Origin: Candidatus Sumerlaeia bacterium | GTDB lineage: Bacteria; Sumerlaeota; Sumerlaeia; SLMS01; JANRJK01 | Reading direction: 5' to 3' | Assembly (NCBI GenBank): GCA_033764015.1 | Contig: JANRJK010000028.1 | Span: 1 to 64,000, forward strand | Length of the DNA stretch: 64,000 nucleotides | Shown: piece by piece, positions 48,595-58,695 of the stretch | Layout of the letters: the number at the start of each line of letters is the position of its first letter | How positions within the stretch are numbered: the first letter of the stretch is position 1 | Position numbers and translations under genes: made by a program | Notes under the pieces: model-generated | The model's database searches: none | The model's input: the letters and a program-made list of their open reading frames with translations, nothing else | What the model was told of the DNA's origin: nothing

Positions 48595-49869
48595 GTGATC
48601 GACTACCACCGCCTCGGCATCATGCCGAAGAAGAACCACATCTGGATGCGCAACGAGCAGGGCCACCTCTACCAGGAGCACTGCCTCACCCGCGCGGGCT
48701 TCGAGAAGGCCTACTCGATCCTCTACCACCACCACCCCCCCACGGTCGAACTCGCCACCGCCGCCAGCCCGCTCGACGGCACCGACTTCGTCCCGCAGGC
48801 GCTCCCGAACGGCGAGCTCGACTTCCCCCGCCGCCGGCGCCATGTGGACACCTGCCTCCACAAGCCCGGCGAAACCTGGCTCGGCAACCGCAAGGCGATG
48901 ATGTACAACGACGACATCGTCGTCAGCATCGCCCGCCCCGTCGAGAATTCGCCCGAGTTCTTCAGCAACGGCGACGCCGACGAACTGGTCTTCTTCCAGG
49001 AGGGCTCCGGCCGCCTCGAGTCGGTCTTCGGCGTCGTCGACTTCCAGCAGGGCGACTACGTCCTGATCCCCCGCGCGACGGTCCACCGCTTCGTTTTCGA
49101 CTTCGCCAAGTCACCCGTGTACGCGATGGTCTTCGAGGGCCTCGAGGACATCCAGGTGCCGCCGTACTTCCGCAACGAATTCGGCCAGCTCAAGCTCGAC
49201 GCGCCCTACTGCCACCGCGACTTCAAGCGCCCCGAGCGCCTCTGCTGGGATCCGGCGACCCCGCTACCCACGGCGCCCGAGGGCCACGGCTTCAGACTCG
49301 TGATCAAGCGCGTCGGCCGCCTCTCCGACCACGTCATGAAGCACTACCCGCTCGATGTCGTCGGCTGGGACGGCTGGGTCTATCCGATCGCCTTCAACAT
49401 CATGGACTACCAGCCGAAGACCGGGCAGATCCACCTGCCGCCCACCTCGCACACGACGTTCAGCTCCGCCTGCGGCATCCACGGCGAGCATTGCCGCTAC
49501 GTGATCTGCTCCTTCGTGCCGCGCAAGGTGGACTACCACGAGCGCTCGATCCCCTGCCCCTACAATCACAGCTCGCCGGACTGCGACGAAATCCTCTTCT
49601 ACGTGCGCGGCAACTTCACCAGCCGCAAAGGCATCCACCCGGGCTCGATCAGCCTGCACCCGACGGGCCTTCCGCACGGCCCCCACCCGGGCGCCTACGA
49701 GGCGAGCATCGGCAGCACGGAGACGCACGAGCTGGCCGTGATGATGGACACGTTCAAGCCGCTCCGACTCACGCGCTACGGCGCCTCCATCGAGATCGGC
49801 GACTACCACGAAACGTGGATTCCGAACGGCACCGCCCCGAAACCGGTGGAACTGCTGACGGGCCTTTGA
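48595..49869 (+). CDS. hmgA: Homogentisate 1,2-dioxygenase
   Basis: NGDADEL, DVVGWDG, HLPP..H, PYNHS, SLHP.G.PHGP, ELAVMMDTF; follows hppD. Confidence 0.93.
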   Translation: MIDYHRLGIMPKKNHIWMRNEQGHLYQEHCLTRAGFEKAYSILYHHHPPTVELATAASPLDGTDFVPQALPNGELDFPRRRRHVDTCLHKPGETWLGNRKAMMYNDDIVVSIARPVENSPEFFSNGDADELVFFQEGSGRLESVFGVVDFQQGDYVLIPRATVHRFVFDFAKSPVYAMVFEGLEDIQVPPYFRNEFGQLKLDAPYCHRDFKRPERLCWDPATPLPTAPEGHGFRLVIKRVGRLSDHVMKHYPLDVVGWDGWVYPIAFNIMDYQPKTGQIHLPPTSHTTFSSACGIHGEHCRYVICSFVPRKVDYHERSIPCPYNHSSPDCDEILFYVRGNFTSRKGIHPGSISLHPTGLPHGPHPGAYEASIGSTETHELAVMMDTFKPLRLTRYGASIEIGDYHETWIPNGTAPKPVELLTGL

Positions 49870-49915
49870 GCACGCTCTCCGGAGCCGTCCCGCGCGGGCG
49901 GCTCCGGAGCCTCGC

Positions 49916-50296
49916 ATGACCCCGCGTTTCCCCATCGCCGCCGGCGCCCTCGGCGCGCTGCTTTCCGTCGCGCTCGGCGCGTTCGCCGCCCACGGGCTGA
50001 AGGCGCGCCTCGAACCCGACCTGCTCGCCATCTTCGAGACCGGCGCCCGCTACCAGATGTACCACGCGCTGGCGCTGCTGCTGGTTGGCGCCCTCTGGGA
50101 GCGCGTCGGCCCGCGCGCCGCCGCGCGCTCGAGCGTCCTCTTCCTCGCAGGCATCGTGCTCTTCTCCGGCAGCCTTTACGCGCTCGCGCTCAGCGGCATC
50201 CGCCCGCTCGGCGCCGTGACGCCCTTCGGCGGCGTCGCGTTCCTGGCGGGCTGGGCCGTGCTCGCCGGGGCCGCCCTGCGCCCCGCGCGGGAGTGA
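49916..50296 (+). CDS. DUF423 family membrane protein
   Basis: GAFAAHGL, YQMYHAL, LFSGSLY, TPFGG. Confidence 0.92.
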   Translation: MTPRFPIAAGALGALLSVALGAFAAHGLKARLEPDLLAIFETGARYQMYHALALLLVGALWERVGPRAAARSSVLFLAGIVLFSGSLYALALSGIRPLGAVTPFGGVAFLAGWAVLAGAALRPARE

Positions 50297-50384
50297 CCGC
50301 CGCGCTGGCACGGAATCGACTCGGATGGCCCTTGGCCCGCGCCCGGACCGGGCTCCATCCCTTCCACCGGAACACGCCCCCGAC

Positions 50385-50933
50385 ATGACCGAGAACACCT
50401 ACCTCCCCGCCGACACGGACCACGAGCTGCTCCCCGTTGTGGACGAGCACGACAACGTGATCGGCACCGCGACGCGCCGCGAGGCGCACGCCAAGGGGCT
50501 CCGCCACCGCGCGGTCCACATCGTCATCGTGCGCGACGACGGGATGATCCTGCTCCAGCGCCGCAGCATGGCGAAGGACCTTTTCCCCGGCTGGTGGGAC
50601 ATCAGCGTGGGGGGGCATGTGGACGCGGGGGAAGGCTACGACGAGGCGGTGGTCCGCGAACTGCGCGAGGAACTCGGCATCGCCGCGCCCGCCCGCCGCG
50701 TCGCCATCGTCGAAGCGAACCCCGTCACCGGCTGGGAGTTCCAGCACGTGTACGAATGCCCCCACGAGGGCCCCTTCCACCCGAACGAGGCGGAAGTGAC
50801 CGCGGTGCGCTGGGCGCGCCTCGATGCGGTCCTCGCCGACGAGGCGCCCTTCGCCGAAGAGCCCGCCGCCCGCGTCACCCCCGCCGGCATCCAGAGCATC
50901 GCCGCCTGGGCCCGCGCCACCGGACGCGCATGA
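50385..50933 (+). CDS. NUDIX hydrolase (Idi-like)
   Basis: LRHRAVH, LQRRS..K..FPG.WD, GGHV..GE...AVVRELREELG. Confidence 0.88.
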   Translation: MTENTYLPADTDHELLPVVDEHDNVIGTATRREAHAKGLRHRAVHIVIVRDDGMILLQRRSMAKDLFPGWWDISVGGHVDAGEGYDEAVVRELREELGIAAPARRVAIVEANPVTGWEFQHVYECPHEGPFHPNEAEVTAVRWARLDAVLADEAPFAEEPAARVTPAGIQSIAAWARATGRA

Positions 50934-51808
50934 ACCTCCGCGTCGGCGAAGTCGTCCTCAAGAGCGCCGACTACCTGCGCGCCAAGGGCGTCGAATCGCC
51001 GCGCCTCGACGCCGAACTGCTCCTCGCCCACGTCCTCGGAACGGACCGTCTCAAGCTCTACATGGAATGGGACAAGCCGCTGCTTGAGATCGAACTGTCC
51101 GCCTACCGGGAGGCGATCCGCCGCCGCGGCGCGGACCGCGAACCGGTGGTGCGCATCCTCGGGCGCCGCGAGTTCTACGGGCGCGACTTCGACGTGGTGC
51201 CGAACGTCTTCGCCCCGCGCCCCGAGACCGAGGGCCTGGTCGAGCGCGCCACCGCCTTCCTCAAGCTGAACCCGCCGCCGGACGGCCGCCGTCCCACGGT
51301 GTTCGACGTCGGCACCGGCAGCGGCTGCATCATCACCAGCATCCTCGCCGAGGAGCCGAACGCCGAGGGCGTCGCGTCGGACCGCTCGCCGCACGCGCTC
51401 GCGCTCGCGCGCCGCAACGCGCACCGCCACCGCGTCGACCAGCGGCTGGTGTTCCGCGAAGGCGACCTCTTCGCGGGCTACGACGGGCCGCTCTGGGTGC
51501 TGGTGTCGAACCCGCCCTACATCGCGAAGGGGCAGCTCAAGGGCCTCCCGCCGGAAGTCGGCAAGTTCGACCCCTCGCTCGCGCTCGACGGCGGCCCCGA
51601 CGGCCTCGACATCGTCCGCCGCCTCGCCGAGGAAGGCGCCCGCCTCGTCCTCCCCGGCGGCTTCGTCGCCCTCGAATTCGGTGAAGAACAAGGCCTCGAC
51701 GCCGCCGCCATCTTCAACGCCTCCGGCGCCTGGGGAGACGTCCGCGTCGAGCAGGACCTTGCGGGGCATGATCGCTATCTGGTGGGGCGGAGGGGGCGGC
51801 TGCTTTAG
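50930..51808 (+). CDS. prmC: Release factor glutamine methyltransferase
   Basis: RLDAELLL, PRPETE, DVGTGSG, SNPPY, ALDGG.DGL. Confidence 0.95.
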   Translation: MNLRVGEVVLKSADYLRAKGVESPRLDAELLLAHVLGTDRLKLYMEWDKPLLEIELSAYREAIRRRGADREPVVRILGRREFYGRDFDVVPNVFAPRPETEGLVERATAFLKLNPPPDGRRPTVFDVGTGSGCIITSILAEEPNAEGVASDRSPHALALARRNAHRHRVDQRLVFREGDLFAGYDGPLWVLVSNPPYIAKGQLKGLPPEVGKFDPSLALDGGPDGLDIVRRLAEEGARLVLPGGFVALEFGEEQGLDAAAIFNASGAWGDVRVEQDLAGHDRYLVGRRGRLL

Positions 51809-51932
51809 GTAGGTTGCCTCACAGCGGCCCGAAGCTGGAAACGCGCGAAAAAACGTAGTCAAAACGGTCCCTTACACACTCTCGCCGCTGTCGGCGGGGG
51901 AGAGGGGCGCCAGCGCGGCGCCCCCCTTTCCG

Positions 51933-52961
51933 TCACGGCTTGCCGGCGGAGCCTTCCTTTTCCTTCTCCTTCTGCTTCTGCGAGTCCGGGTCGGTCTCGC
52001 CGGTCTTGCCGCCGTGGTAGGCTTCCTTCTGCTTGATGCGCTCGCGGTCCTTGCGGTCGATCATGCCGCCGGACTTGATGAGTTCGCGGCGCTTTTCGCG
52101 CAGGTCGCGGATGTCCTTCCCCGTCAGGTTGTCCGCCGGATTCGCCGGGTCGGCGAACGGGTTGTCGGGATCGGCGACGCCCGAGGATTCGGGGAGCAGC
52201 AGCCAGTCGATCTTCATCGGCGCGCCCGGTTCGCCCGCGACGGAGCGGACCAGCACCGTGTAGCCCTTGCCGGCTTCGGGCTTCGTCGTCGTGCCATCTA
52301 GCACCACCACGTCGCTGCCGATGCGGAGCGCGAGCGGCTCCACCGCCGGGTCGAAGGTGAGGAATCCGGTGTGCGACTTCGGCGCCAGGTCCTTCGCCAG
52401 CGTGCGCGTGCCAGCTTCGAGGCAGACCGGGACCGCGCTTTCAACGAGCAGCAGGCGGACCGCGGCGCTTCCCTCCGCCGGGTTGCGGAAGGTGTCGAGG
52501 AGCAGGCGGCTGGGGAACTCGGTCGGCTGGTCGACGTTCTGGAGAGGCTCGCTGAGGACCGAGTAGTGGGCGACGCCGAGCTGGTAGTCGGCGGAGGAGG
52601 CGGGCTTGTCGCCGCGCGAGACCATGAAGCGCCGGGTGCCGCGGGGCATAAGGCGGTATTCGGTGCGTCCGTCGCCGGCGTACTCCTGCTCGCCGGGCTT
52701 CATGTCGTCGAAGCCGAAGCGGAGCCGCGCCCGGTCGCGCTTCCCGTCGAGGTCCCAGACGCGGACGCGCGCCATATTGGCCTTCTGGGCCATTTCGCCG
52801 GGGGCGGGGCGGCCGGTCTTCGCCTGCGCCTCCGCGGGAGCTTCGGTGGCGGCCTCGGCGGGAACCGGGGTGGGGGCAAGGCGGCGGGGCGGCGAGGACG
52901 GCTGCGCCAGCGCGGCAAGCGGGAGCGCGGCGGCGAGGATCACGGCGGTGTGCTTCAGCAT
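51933..52961 (-). CDS. Hypothetical secreted protein
   Basis: Signal peptide, AGGAG RBS, 342-aa ORF. Confidence 0.65.
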   Translation of the reverse strand: MLKHTAVILAAALPLAALAQPSSPPRRLAPTPVPAEAATEAPAEAQAKTGRPAPGEMAQKANMARVRVWDLDGKRDRARLRFGFDDMKPGEQEYAGDGRTEYRLMPRGTRRFMVSRGDKPASSADYQLGVAHYSVLSEPLQNVDQPTEFPSRLLLDTFRNPAEGSAAVRLLLVESAVPVCLEAGTRTLAKDLAPKSHTGFLTFDPAVEPLALRIGSDVVVLDGTTTKPEAGKGYTVLVRSVAGEPGAPMKIDWLLLPESSGVADPDNPFADPANPADNLTGKDIRDLREKRRELIKSGGMIDRKDRERIKQKEAYHGGKTGETDPDSQKQKEKEKEGSAGKP

Positions 52962-52983
52962 GGGGATTCTCCTTGGTTTGAAA

Positions 52984-53334
52984 TCAGGACTCGGGGACGG
53001 CGGGCGGGTTTGCCCGCTGGTTGTCGAGGAAGGCTCCTGCGCGCCACAGCTTCCCCGCCATCTCGCGGCAGACCGTCTGGTTGGGGGCGAAGCGCCACTC
53101 GCGCACGTAGAGGTCCGCGAGGTGCGTCAGCAGGTCGAACTCCGGCACGCGCTTCTTCACCATCACCGCGAGCGGCCCCACGTAGGGGTCGTACTCCTTG
53201 CGCCAGTCGCGGAGCCCCTTCATGCCGAGGGGATCCCAGGCGCAGAGGATGTTCGAGACGTCGTTGCGGATCTGGCGCAGCGCGGCGCGCGAGGTTTCCT
53301 CGGGCGTCGGCGGCGGGGGCGGCGGCTTCGGCAT
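52984..53334 (-). CDS. Hypothetical protein (WDP.G...EYD.Y motif)
   Basis: 116-aa ORF in an operon, GAGG RBS. Confidence 0.65.
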   Translation of the reverse strand: MPKPPPPPPTPEETSRAALRQIRNDVSNILCAWDPLGMKGLRDWRKEYDPYVGPLAVMVKKRVPEFDLLTHLADLYVREWRFAPNQTVCREMAGKLWRAGAFLDNQRANPPAVPES

Positions 53335-53336
53335 GG

Positions 53337-54479
53337 CTAACCTCGAGCGAGGGGTTTCTCGTAGATGCGGTGGATCTTCGTCAAGTGGGCGCCGTTCGCC
53401 AGGATCCCGCGGTTCATCAGCTTGTTCGTCTCGAGCACCCAGCCGAATTCGCCCTCCGGATAGCCTAGGCGGATGCAGTTGGCGGCGAACTCCGCGATCA
53501 GGATCGTCTCGATCCCGCGCACGCGGTACTCCTTCACCACGCCCATGCCCATCAAGCGGATGCGGTGGATGTTGCGCCGCAACAGGAAGAACAGGAGGAC
53601 CTCGCGCGGGCCGAGCCGTCCGCCCAGGTGCTTGAGGACCACGTTGTAGTCCGGCAGCCCGATCAGGACACCGACCACCTTCGCGTCCACCTCGGCGAAG
53701 AGGATCATGTCGGGAATCGCGATCGGCTTCAGGTCGGTCGCCATGCGGTGGACTTCGCGCGGCGTCATGGGGACGAAGCCCCAGTTCTCGGACCAGGCCT
53801 CGTTGTAGACCGCGAGGATGTGCTCCACCTCGCGGTCGAAGCGCTTCATGTCGATGGGGCGCACGTTCACCCGCACCCCGCGCGATTCGAGCTTCTCGCG
53901 GATGCGCCGGGCCATCGCCGGGATGCGGTCCGAGAACGCCTCTTTGTTGTTGTAGAAGCTGAAGAGGTCCATCGCCTTGGCGAACCCGGCGGCCTCGGTG
54001 TGCGCCAGGTAGTACGGCGGCGTGTAGGGGGTCAGGAAGGCGGGGTCGCTATCGAAGCCCTGCGCGAGGAAGCCCACTTCCTCGTTGGTGCTGGGGTTGC
54101 ACGGCCCCCGCAGCGTATCTAGCCCGCGCGCGGCGCACCACTTCTCCGCGGCGGCGTACAGCGCGCGGAACACCGCGGGGTCGTTCGCCGCCTCGAAGAA
54201 GCCGAAGTGGCCGCACTTCTCGCGGTGGTGGATGTTGTGCGCGTGGTTCTCGATGGCGGCGATGCGCCCCACGGGCTCTTGGCCGCGGAACGCGACGAAG
54301 AGCTCCATCGCAGCGTGCTCGTGGAACGGGTGGTCCTTGCGGCGGTCGAGGATCGCGTACAGCTCGCGCCTCGGCGGAGGCACCCAGAAGTGCTCGTTCC
54401 CGCGCAGGCGGTACCCGAGCTCGACGAAGGTCTCAAGCCCGCCGGGCGAGGCGACGCGGGCGACGCGCAGCGGCGGCAT
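53337..54479 (-). CDS. GNAT-fold protein (YghO-like)
   Basis: VGRIAAI, GHFGFFE, PYTPPYY, NWGFVPMT, YRVRGI, WVLETN..MN. Confidence 0.82.
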   Translation of the reverse strand: MPPLRVARVASPGGLETFVELGYRLRGNEHFWVPPPRRELYAILDRRKDHPFHEHAAMELFVAFRGQEPVGRIAAIENHAHNIHHREKCGHFGFFEAANDPAVFRALYAAAEKWCAARGLDTLRGPCNPSTNEEVGFLAQGFDSDPAFLTPYTPPYYLAHTEAAGFAKAMDLFSFYNNKEAFSDRIPAMARRIREKLESRGVRVNVRPIDMKRFDREVEHILAVYNEAWSENWGFVPMTPREVHRMATDLKPIAIPDMILFAEVDAKVVGVLIGLPDYNVVLKHLGGRLGPREVLLFFLLRRNIHRIRLMGMGVVKEYRVRGIETILIAEFAANCIRLGYPEGEFGWVLETNKLMNRGILANGAHLTKIHRIYEKPLARG

Positions 54480-54482
54480 CGC

Positions 54483-55658
54483 TTACGGCTCTCCCGGCGC
54501 GCCGTCCGGCTGGACGCCTTCCGTCTCCGGGTTGGCGGGAGCGGCCCCGCCCTCGGCGGGCGCGGCCGGCGGATTTGCGGAGGCCTCCGCGGCGGCCGCT
54601 TCGGCCTGCGTGCGGGCTTCGCGCATCTGGCCGGTGCGCTCGATCTCCCCCTGCGCCGCGGCTTCCACGTTGGTCCCGGGGTTGTCGGTCTTGATGCGCT
54701 CGTACACCTCCAGTGCGCGGTCGAAGTGGCCGTGCCGGCGCCACATGTCGCCGACCGCGAACTGGGTCTGGATGGCGAGCAGCGAGCCCTGGTTCTCCGC
54801 CATCACGGCGAGCATCAGCTTCTCCGCGACGTCGAGGTTGCCGAACAGGTCGTAGTACTGCGCCTTCGCGAGCTGCAGGCGCCCGCGCTCCGCCTTGTCG
54901 AGCTCGTCGGCGATCTGCTGCTCGAGCATCGCGATGCCGCGGTCGAAGACCGGCTGGGCGGCGGCCTCGTCCCCGGCGGTGCGCAGGTTGATCGCCTGCG
55001 CGAGGATGAGCTGCGGTTTCGTCGGGTCGTCGGGGTGCTTCTCCAGGAAACGTTCGTAGACGGCGTTCGAGGCGGTGTAGTCGCGGTTCACGCGGTGGAA
55101 CTGGGCAAGCTGCTCGCGCGCTTGGCCGCGGAGCGCCGGGTCGGCGGCCCCGAGCATCACCTTCTCGAGCGCGGCGAGGGCCGCGGGGATGCGGGCCTCC
55201 TCGCGCGAGACGAAGAGCATCTCGGCGCGCGTCATCTCGATCTGGTCGGCGATTTCGGCGGGGGTGGCCGAGTCCGCCTGCGCGGCGTCGATCATCTTCA
55301 TGCCCTCGTCGACGCCGCTGAGGGCGACCGTCGAGGCCAGGTTGCCCATGAAGGCGCCGCCGCCGCGTTCGGAGGCGATGCCCTCGCGCTTGAGGACCTC
55401 CTCGAAGAGCGGGCGCGCTTTCGCCGGGTCGCGGGTCTGCTGCAGGAAGTACTGCCCGAGGAGGAGCCTCGCGTCCAGCGACGCCGGGTCGTCCGGCGCG
55501 TCCTCCACGAGCTGCTGCATCTTGATCACCGCGAGCGCGGTCTGGCGCTCCTGTAGCAGCTGCTGCGCTTCCGTGAGCCGCTCGGCGGGGGTCTTCTTCT
55601 GGCAGCCGGTGACGGCGAGGAGTGCGGTGAGCAGCAGGATTGCGAGGGTGGTTCTCAT
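54483..55658 (-). CDS. TPR-containing lipoprotein
   Basis: Lipobox VTGC; TPR-like helical repeats. Confidence 0.8.
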   Translation of the reverse strand: MRTTLAILLLTALLAVTGCQKKTPAERLTEAQQLLQERQTALAVIKMQQLVEDAPDDPASLDARLLLGQYFLQQTRDPAKARPLFEEVLKREGIASERGGGAFMGNLASTVALSGVDEGMKMIDAAQADSATPAEIADQIEMTRAEMLFVSREEARIPAALAALEKVMLGAADPALRGQAREQLAQFHRVNRDYTASNAVYERFLEKHPDDPTKPQLILAQAINLRTAGDEAAAQPVFDRGIAMLEQQIADELDKAERGRLQLAKAQYYDLFGNLDVAEKLMLAVMAENQGSLLAIQTQFAVGDMWRRHGHFDRALEVYERIKTDNPGTNVEAAAQGEIERTGQMREARTQAEAAAAEASANPPAAPAEGGAAPANPETEGVQPDGAPGEP

Positions 55659-55798
55659 CGAGGACGTCGGAGCCCGGTGCGTTGGATGGGGGAGCGGGCG
55701 CGCGCCGCCGTTGCGGCCCGCGCCCGCTCCAGAGTCGCCCCCGCGCCGGGGCGGTCAACCGTGACCCGACGCGCCCGGCCCCGAATTCCGCGCCGGGG

Positions 55799-56764
55799 CT
55801 ACTTGGCCGCCGGAAGGAACTCCGTCGTGTAGGCGCTCTCCGCGGGGACCGAGCCCGGCTTCAGCAGCCCGATCTCCTCCAGCTGCGAAACCAGGGTGCT
55901 CCAGCGTTCCGCCGTCATGCTCCCGAGCCCGTCGCGCTTCGCGGCCTCGTCGAGCACCATGTCGACCAGCAGCTTCGCCCCCTCGTCGAGGATGTACATT
56001 TCCATCTGGGGGTTGAGTTTATTGATGAACGCGTTCGTCCGGGCGGGGTCTTCGATGTACTTCCGCCAGCCCTTGATCGACGCCTCGGTCATACGCCGCA
56101 CCACGTCCGGCTTCTCCGCCGCGAGCTTCTCGCTGGTGATGAGGAGCGAGGTGTAGGGATTGTAGCCCGTGTCGCTGACCATCAGGACGCGCGGGGTCGC
56201 GCCTTGGCGCCGCGCGACGATCGGCTCGCTGATGTTGTAGCCCTGGCACCCGTAGTTCTTGTCCACGAGGAACTGGGACACGTTTCCCGGATAGGGGACG
56301 ATCTTCACCTTCGCCAGCGGATAGCGCTTCAGCAGCCACTCGCTGAACGCGGCCTTCGCCGACATGCCGAGCGTCATGTTCTCAAGCTGCTCGAAGCTCT
56401 GGATGCCGGAGGACTCGTGCACCAGGATGCACCGGGGGCTCACCTGCATCGGGGCCATCACCGCCACCACCGGCGCCTGCTGGGTGCGCGCGAGCAGGAG
56501 CTGGTCCGCGTTGTCCACGCCGAACTGGACGCGCCCCGTCGCCACCATCGGAAGCACGGGAACGTCGACGCCGCCCGGAAGGATCTCGACGTCGAGTCCC
56601 GCCTCCGCGTAGTATCCATGCACCAGGGCCGCGTAGTAGCCGCCATGCTCCGCTTCGGGAAACCAGTTCAGCACGATGGACACGCGGTCCTTGGCTGCTC
56701 CTTCCTGCGCTGCGGCGAGCAGCGGCAGCAGGGCGAGCAGCAACGTGGCGACGATACGACGCAT
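55799..56764 (-). CDS. ABC transporter substrate-binding protein (NMT1/THI5-like)
   Basis: LNWFPEAEHGGYYAA...GYY...GLDVEI.PGG, GY..SEP. Confidence 0.9.
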   Translation of the reverse strand: MRRIVATLLLALLPLLAAAQEGAAKDRVSIVLNWFPEAEHGGYYAALVHGYYAEAGLDVEILPGGVDVPVLPMVATGRVQFGVDNADQLLLARTQQAPVVAVMAPMQVSPRCILVHESSGIQSFEQLENMTLGMSAKAAFSEWLLKRYPLAKVKIVPYPGNVSQFLVDKNYGCQGYNISEPIVARRQGATPRVLMVSDTGYNPYTSLLITSEKLAAEKPDVVRRMTEASIKGWRKYIEDPARTNAFINKLNPQMEMYILDEGAKLLVDMVLDEAAKRDGLGSMTAERWSTLVSQLEEIGLLKPGSVPAESAYTTEFLPAAK

Positions 56765-56795
56765 GGGAAGGTGGCTCCTTGCGGGATGTTCCGGC

Positions 56796-57575
56796 TCAGC
56801 GCGTGCCGCGCCAGCGCCTTGTGGACCAATCGCCCGCCGATCCCACGATGCCGAAGATCGTGAGGCCAAGCAGTGTCGACATGAAGACCGCGGCGAACAG
56901 GTAGGGGGTTTGCAGCAGCCCGCTCGTTTGCACGATCAGGTAGCCGAGCCCGAAGTTCTGGTTCCCGTAGCCCGCGGAGAACTCGCCGACGATCGCGCCG
57001 ATCACCGAAAGGCCGCTGCTGACGCGCGCGCCGGTCACGATGTCCGGCACCGCGTGCGGCAGTCGCAGGCGCAGCAGCACCTGCGCCCTCGTCGCGCTGT
57101 GCAGCTCGAACAGCTCCACCAGCGACTCGTCAACGTTCATCAGCCCCTCCGTCGCGTTCGTCACGATCGGGAAAAGGCTGATGATGAAGGAGATGATGAC
57201 GACGCTCTGGAACTCCGCGCCGAACCAGAGCACGATGAGCGGCGCCACCGCCACGATCGGCACCGTCTGCAGGAAGATCGCGTAGGGATAACCGGCGCGC
57301 CGCACGGCTCTCGACTGCGAAAAGAGCAGCGCCACCAGAACCCCGGTCACCAAGCTGGCGGCGAAGCCCGCGAGCGCCGCCGCCCCCGTAAGCGCGGTGG
57401 CCTTCAGCAGCGCTTCCCGCTTCTCCCACAGCGTTTCCGCCACCAGCAGCGGCCCCGGCACCAGGAAGGCGCCGATGCCGCGGCGCTGCACCTCGATGTG
57501 CCACACCGCGACCACCGCCGCGAAGAGCAGCAGGGGCGGAAAGAGGGCTCGGAATGCGCGGCCGATCGCGTCCAT
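56796..57575 (-). CDS. ABC transporter permease (SsuC/TauC-like)
   Basis: QTVPIVAVAPL..LWFG, FPI..N, LPHAVP, GAIVGEF. Confidence 0.9.
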   Translation of the reverse strand: MDAIGRAFRALFPPLLLFAAVVAVWHIEVQRRGIGAFLVPGPLLVAETLWEKREALLKATALTGAAALAGFAASLVTGVLVALLFSQSRAVRRAGYPYAIFLQTVPIVAVAPLIVLWFGAEFQSVVIISFIISLFPIVTNATEGLMNVDESLVELFELHSATRAQVLLRLRLPHAVPDIVTGARVSSGLSVIGAIVGEFSAGYGNQNFGLGYLIVQTSGLLQTPYLFAAVFMSTLLGLTIFGIVGSAGDWSTRRWRGTR

Positions 57576-57880
57576 GTCCGGAAGCCAGCGCGATCCGGGC
57601 CGGGAGCGCAACGGTTCACCCGCGGCGAGAACGGTGGAACTCGCGGATTCCAGAGCGCTCAAGAGTTACGCGAAGGGCGCCTCGGCGGATTCCGCCTTGC
57701 CCGAAACGGAACGCTCCCGCAGCCTCGCACGTTACCGGGTGCCAACGCCCCGCACGCCCCCCGGATGCGGCAGGCAGAGAATCCAGCCAGCACCGGACCG
57801 ACCCGCCCCACCACGGCGGCGCCGGTCTCCCGCAGCGCCGCCCGGAACCAAGACGCGAGATTTCCCCTCCAAGCCAGACT

Positions 57881-58633
57881 ATGGACCAACCACCCGAAGT
57901 CCCCGATTCGGAACCCCTCGCTCCCATCAAGCTCCGGCGCGGAGCCGGCGTCCACATCGCGCCGAGCCTCCTTGCTGCGGACTTCTCCCACCTCCGCGAT
58001 TCGCTGCAGAAGGCGAAGGCGGCGGGATGCCGCTGGATGCACCTCGACATCATGGACGGCCATTTCGTCCCCAACCTTACCTTCGGGCCGTCGCTCCTCA
58101 AGTCGCTCGCCGACTATAGCCGCGACTACTTCTACGACGTGCACCTCATGGTGGACACCCCGAAGATGTTCGTGAAGCCCTTCGCGGATGCGGGCGCCAA
58201 CCTCATCACCTTCCACGTGGAGGCCGCGGAGGACACCTCCCGCGCGCTGCTGAAGAGCGTCCGCCGCCTCGGCGCCGAGGCGGGTATCTCGATCAAACCC
58301 AAGACTCCCGTGGGAGACATCGAGGCGCTGCTGCCGCATGTCGACGTGGCGCTGGTGATGACCGTCGAGCCCGGCTTCGGCGGCCAGAAGCTGATCTCGA
58401 GCACCCTCAACAAGGTCCGCGATCTCGTGCGCTTGCGCGAGGAACAGGGCCTGTCGTTCCTGATCCAAGTGGATGGCGGCATCAACGAGGAGACCGCCCC
58501 ACTGGCGGTCGCCGCCGGCGCCGACGTGCTGGTCGCCGGTACCGCGGTCTTCGGCGGCGGCAAGGTCCGCCAGAACGTCCGAGCCATGAAGAAGAGCCTC
58601 AACCGGCTCCACAACGGAGCGGAATCCGAGTAG
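57881..58633 (+). CDS. rpe: Ribulose-phosphate 3-epimerase
   Basis: IAPSLLAADF, HLDIMDGHFVPNLTFG, DVHLMV, MTVEPGFGGQ, VDGGI. Confidence 0.96.
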   Translation: MDQPPEVPDSEPLAPIKLRRGAGVHIAPSLLAADFSHLRDSLQKAKAAGCRWMHLDIMDGHFVPNLTFGPSLLKSLADYSRDYFYDVHLMVDTPKMFVKPFADAGANLITFHVEAAEDTSRALLKSVRRLGAEAGISIKPKTPVGDIEALLPHVDVALVMTVEPGFGGQKLISSTLNKVRDLVRLREEQGLSFLIQVDGGINEETAPLAVAAGADVLVAGTAVFGGGKVRQNVRAMKKSLNRLHNGAESE

Positions 58634-58695
58634 TGCCGGGCCGCGACGGCTCGGTCCCCCCACTCACGGCCCCACCAACCCCGAGGCGGCGCAGC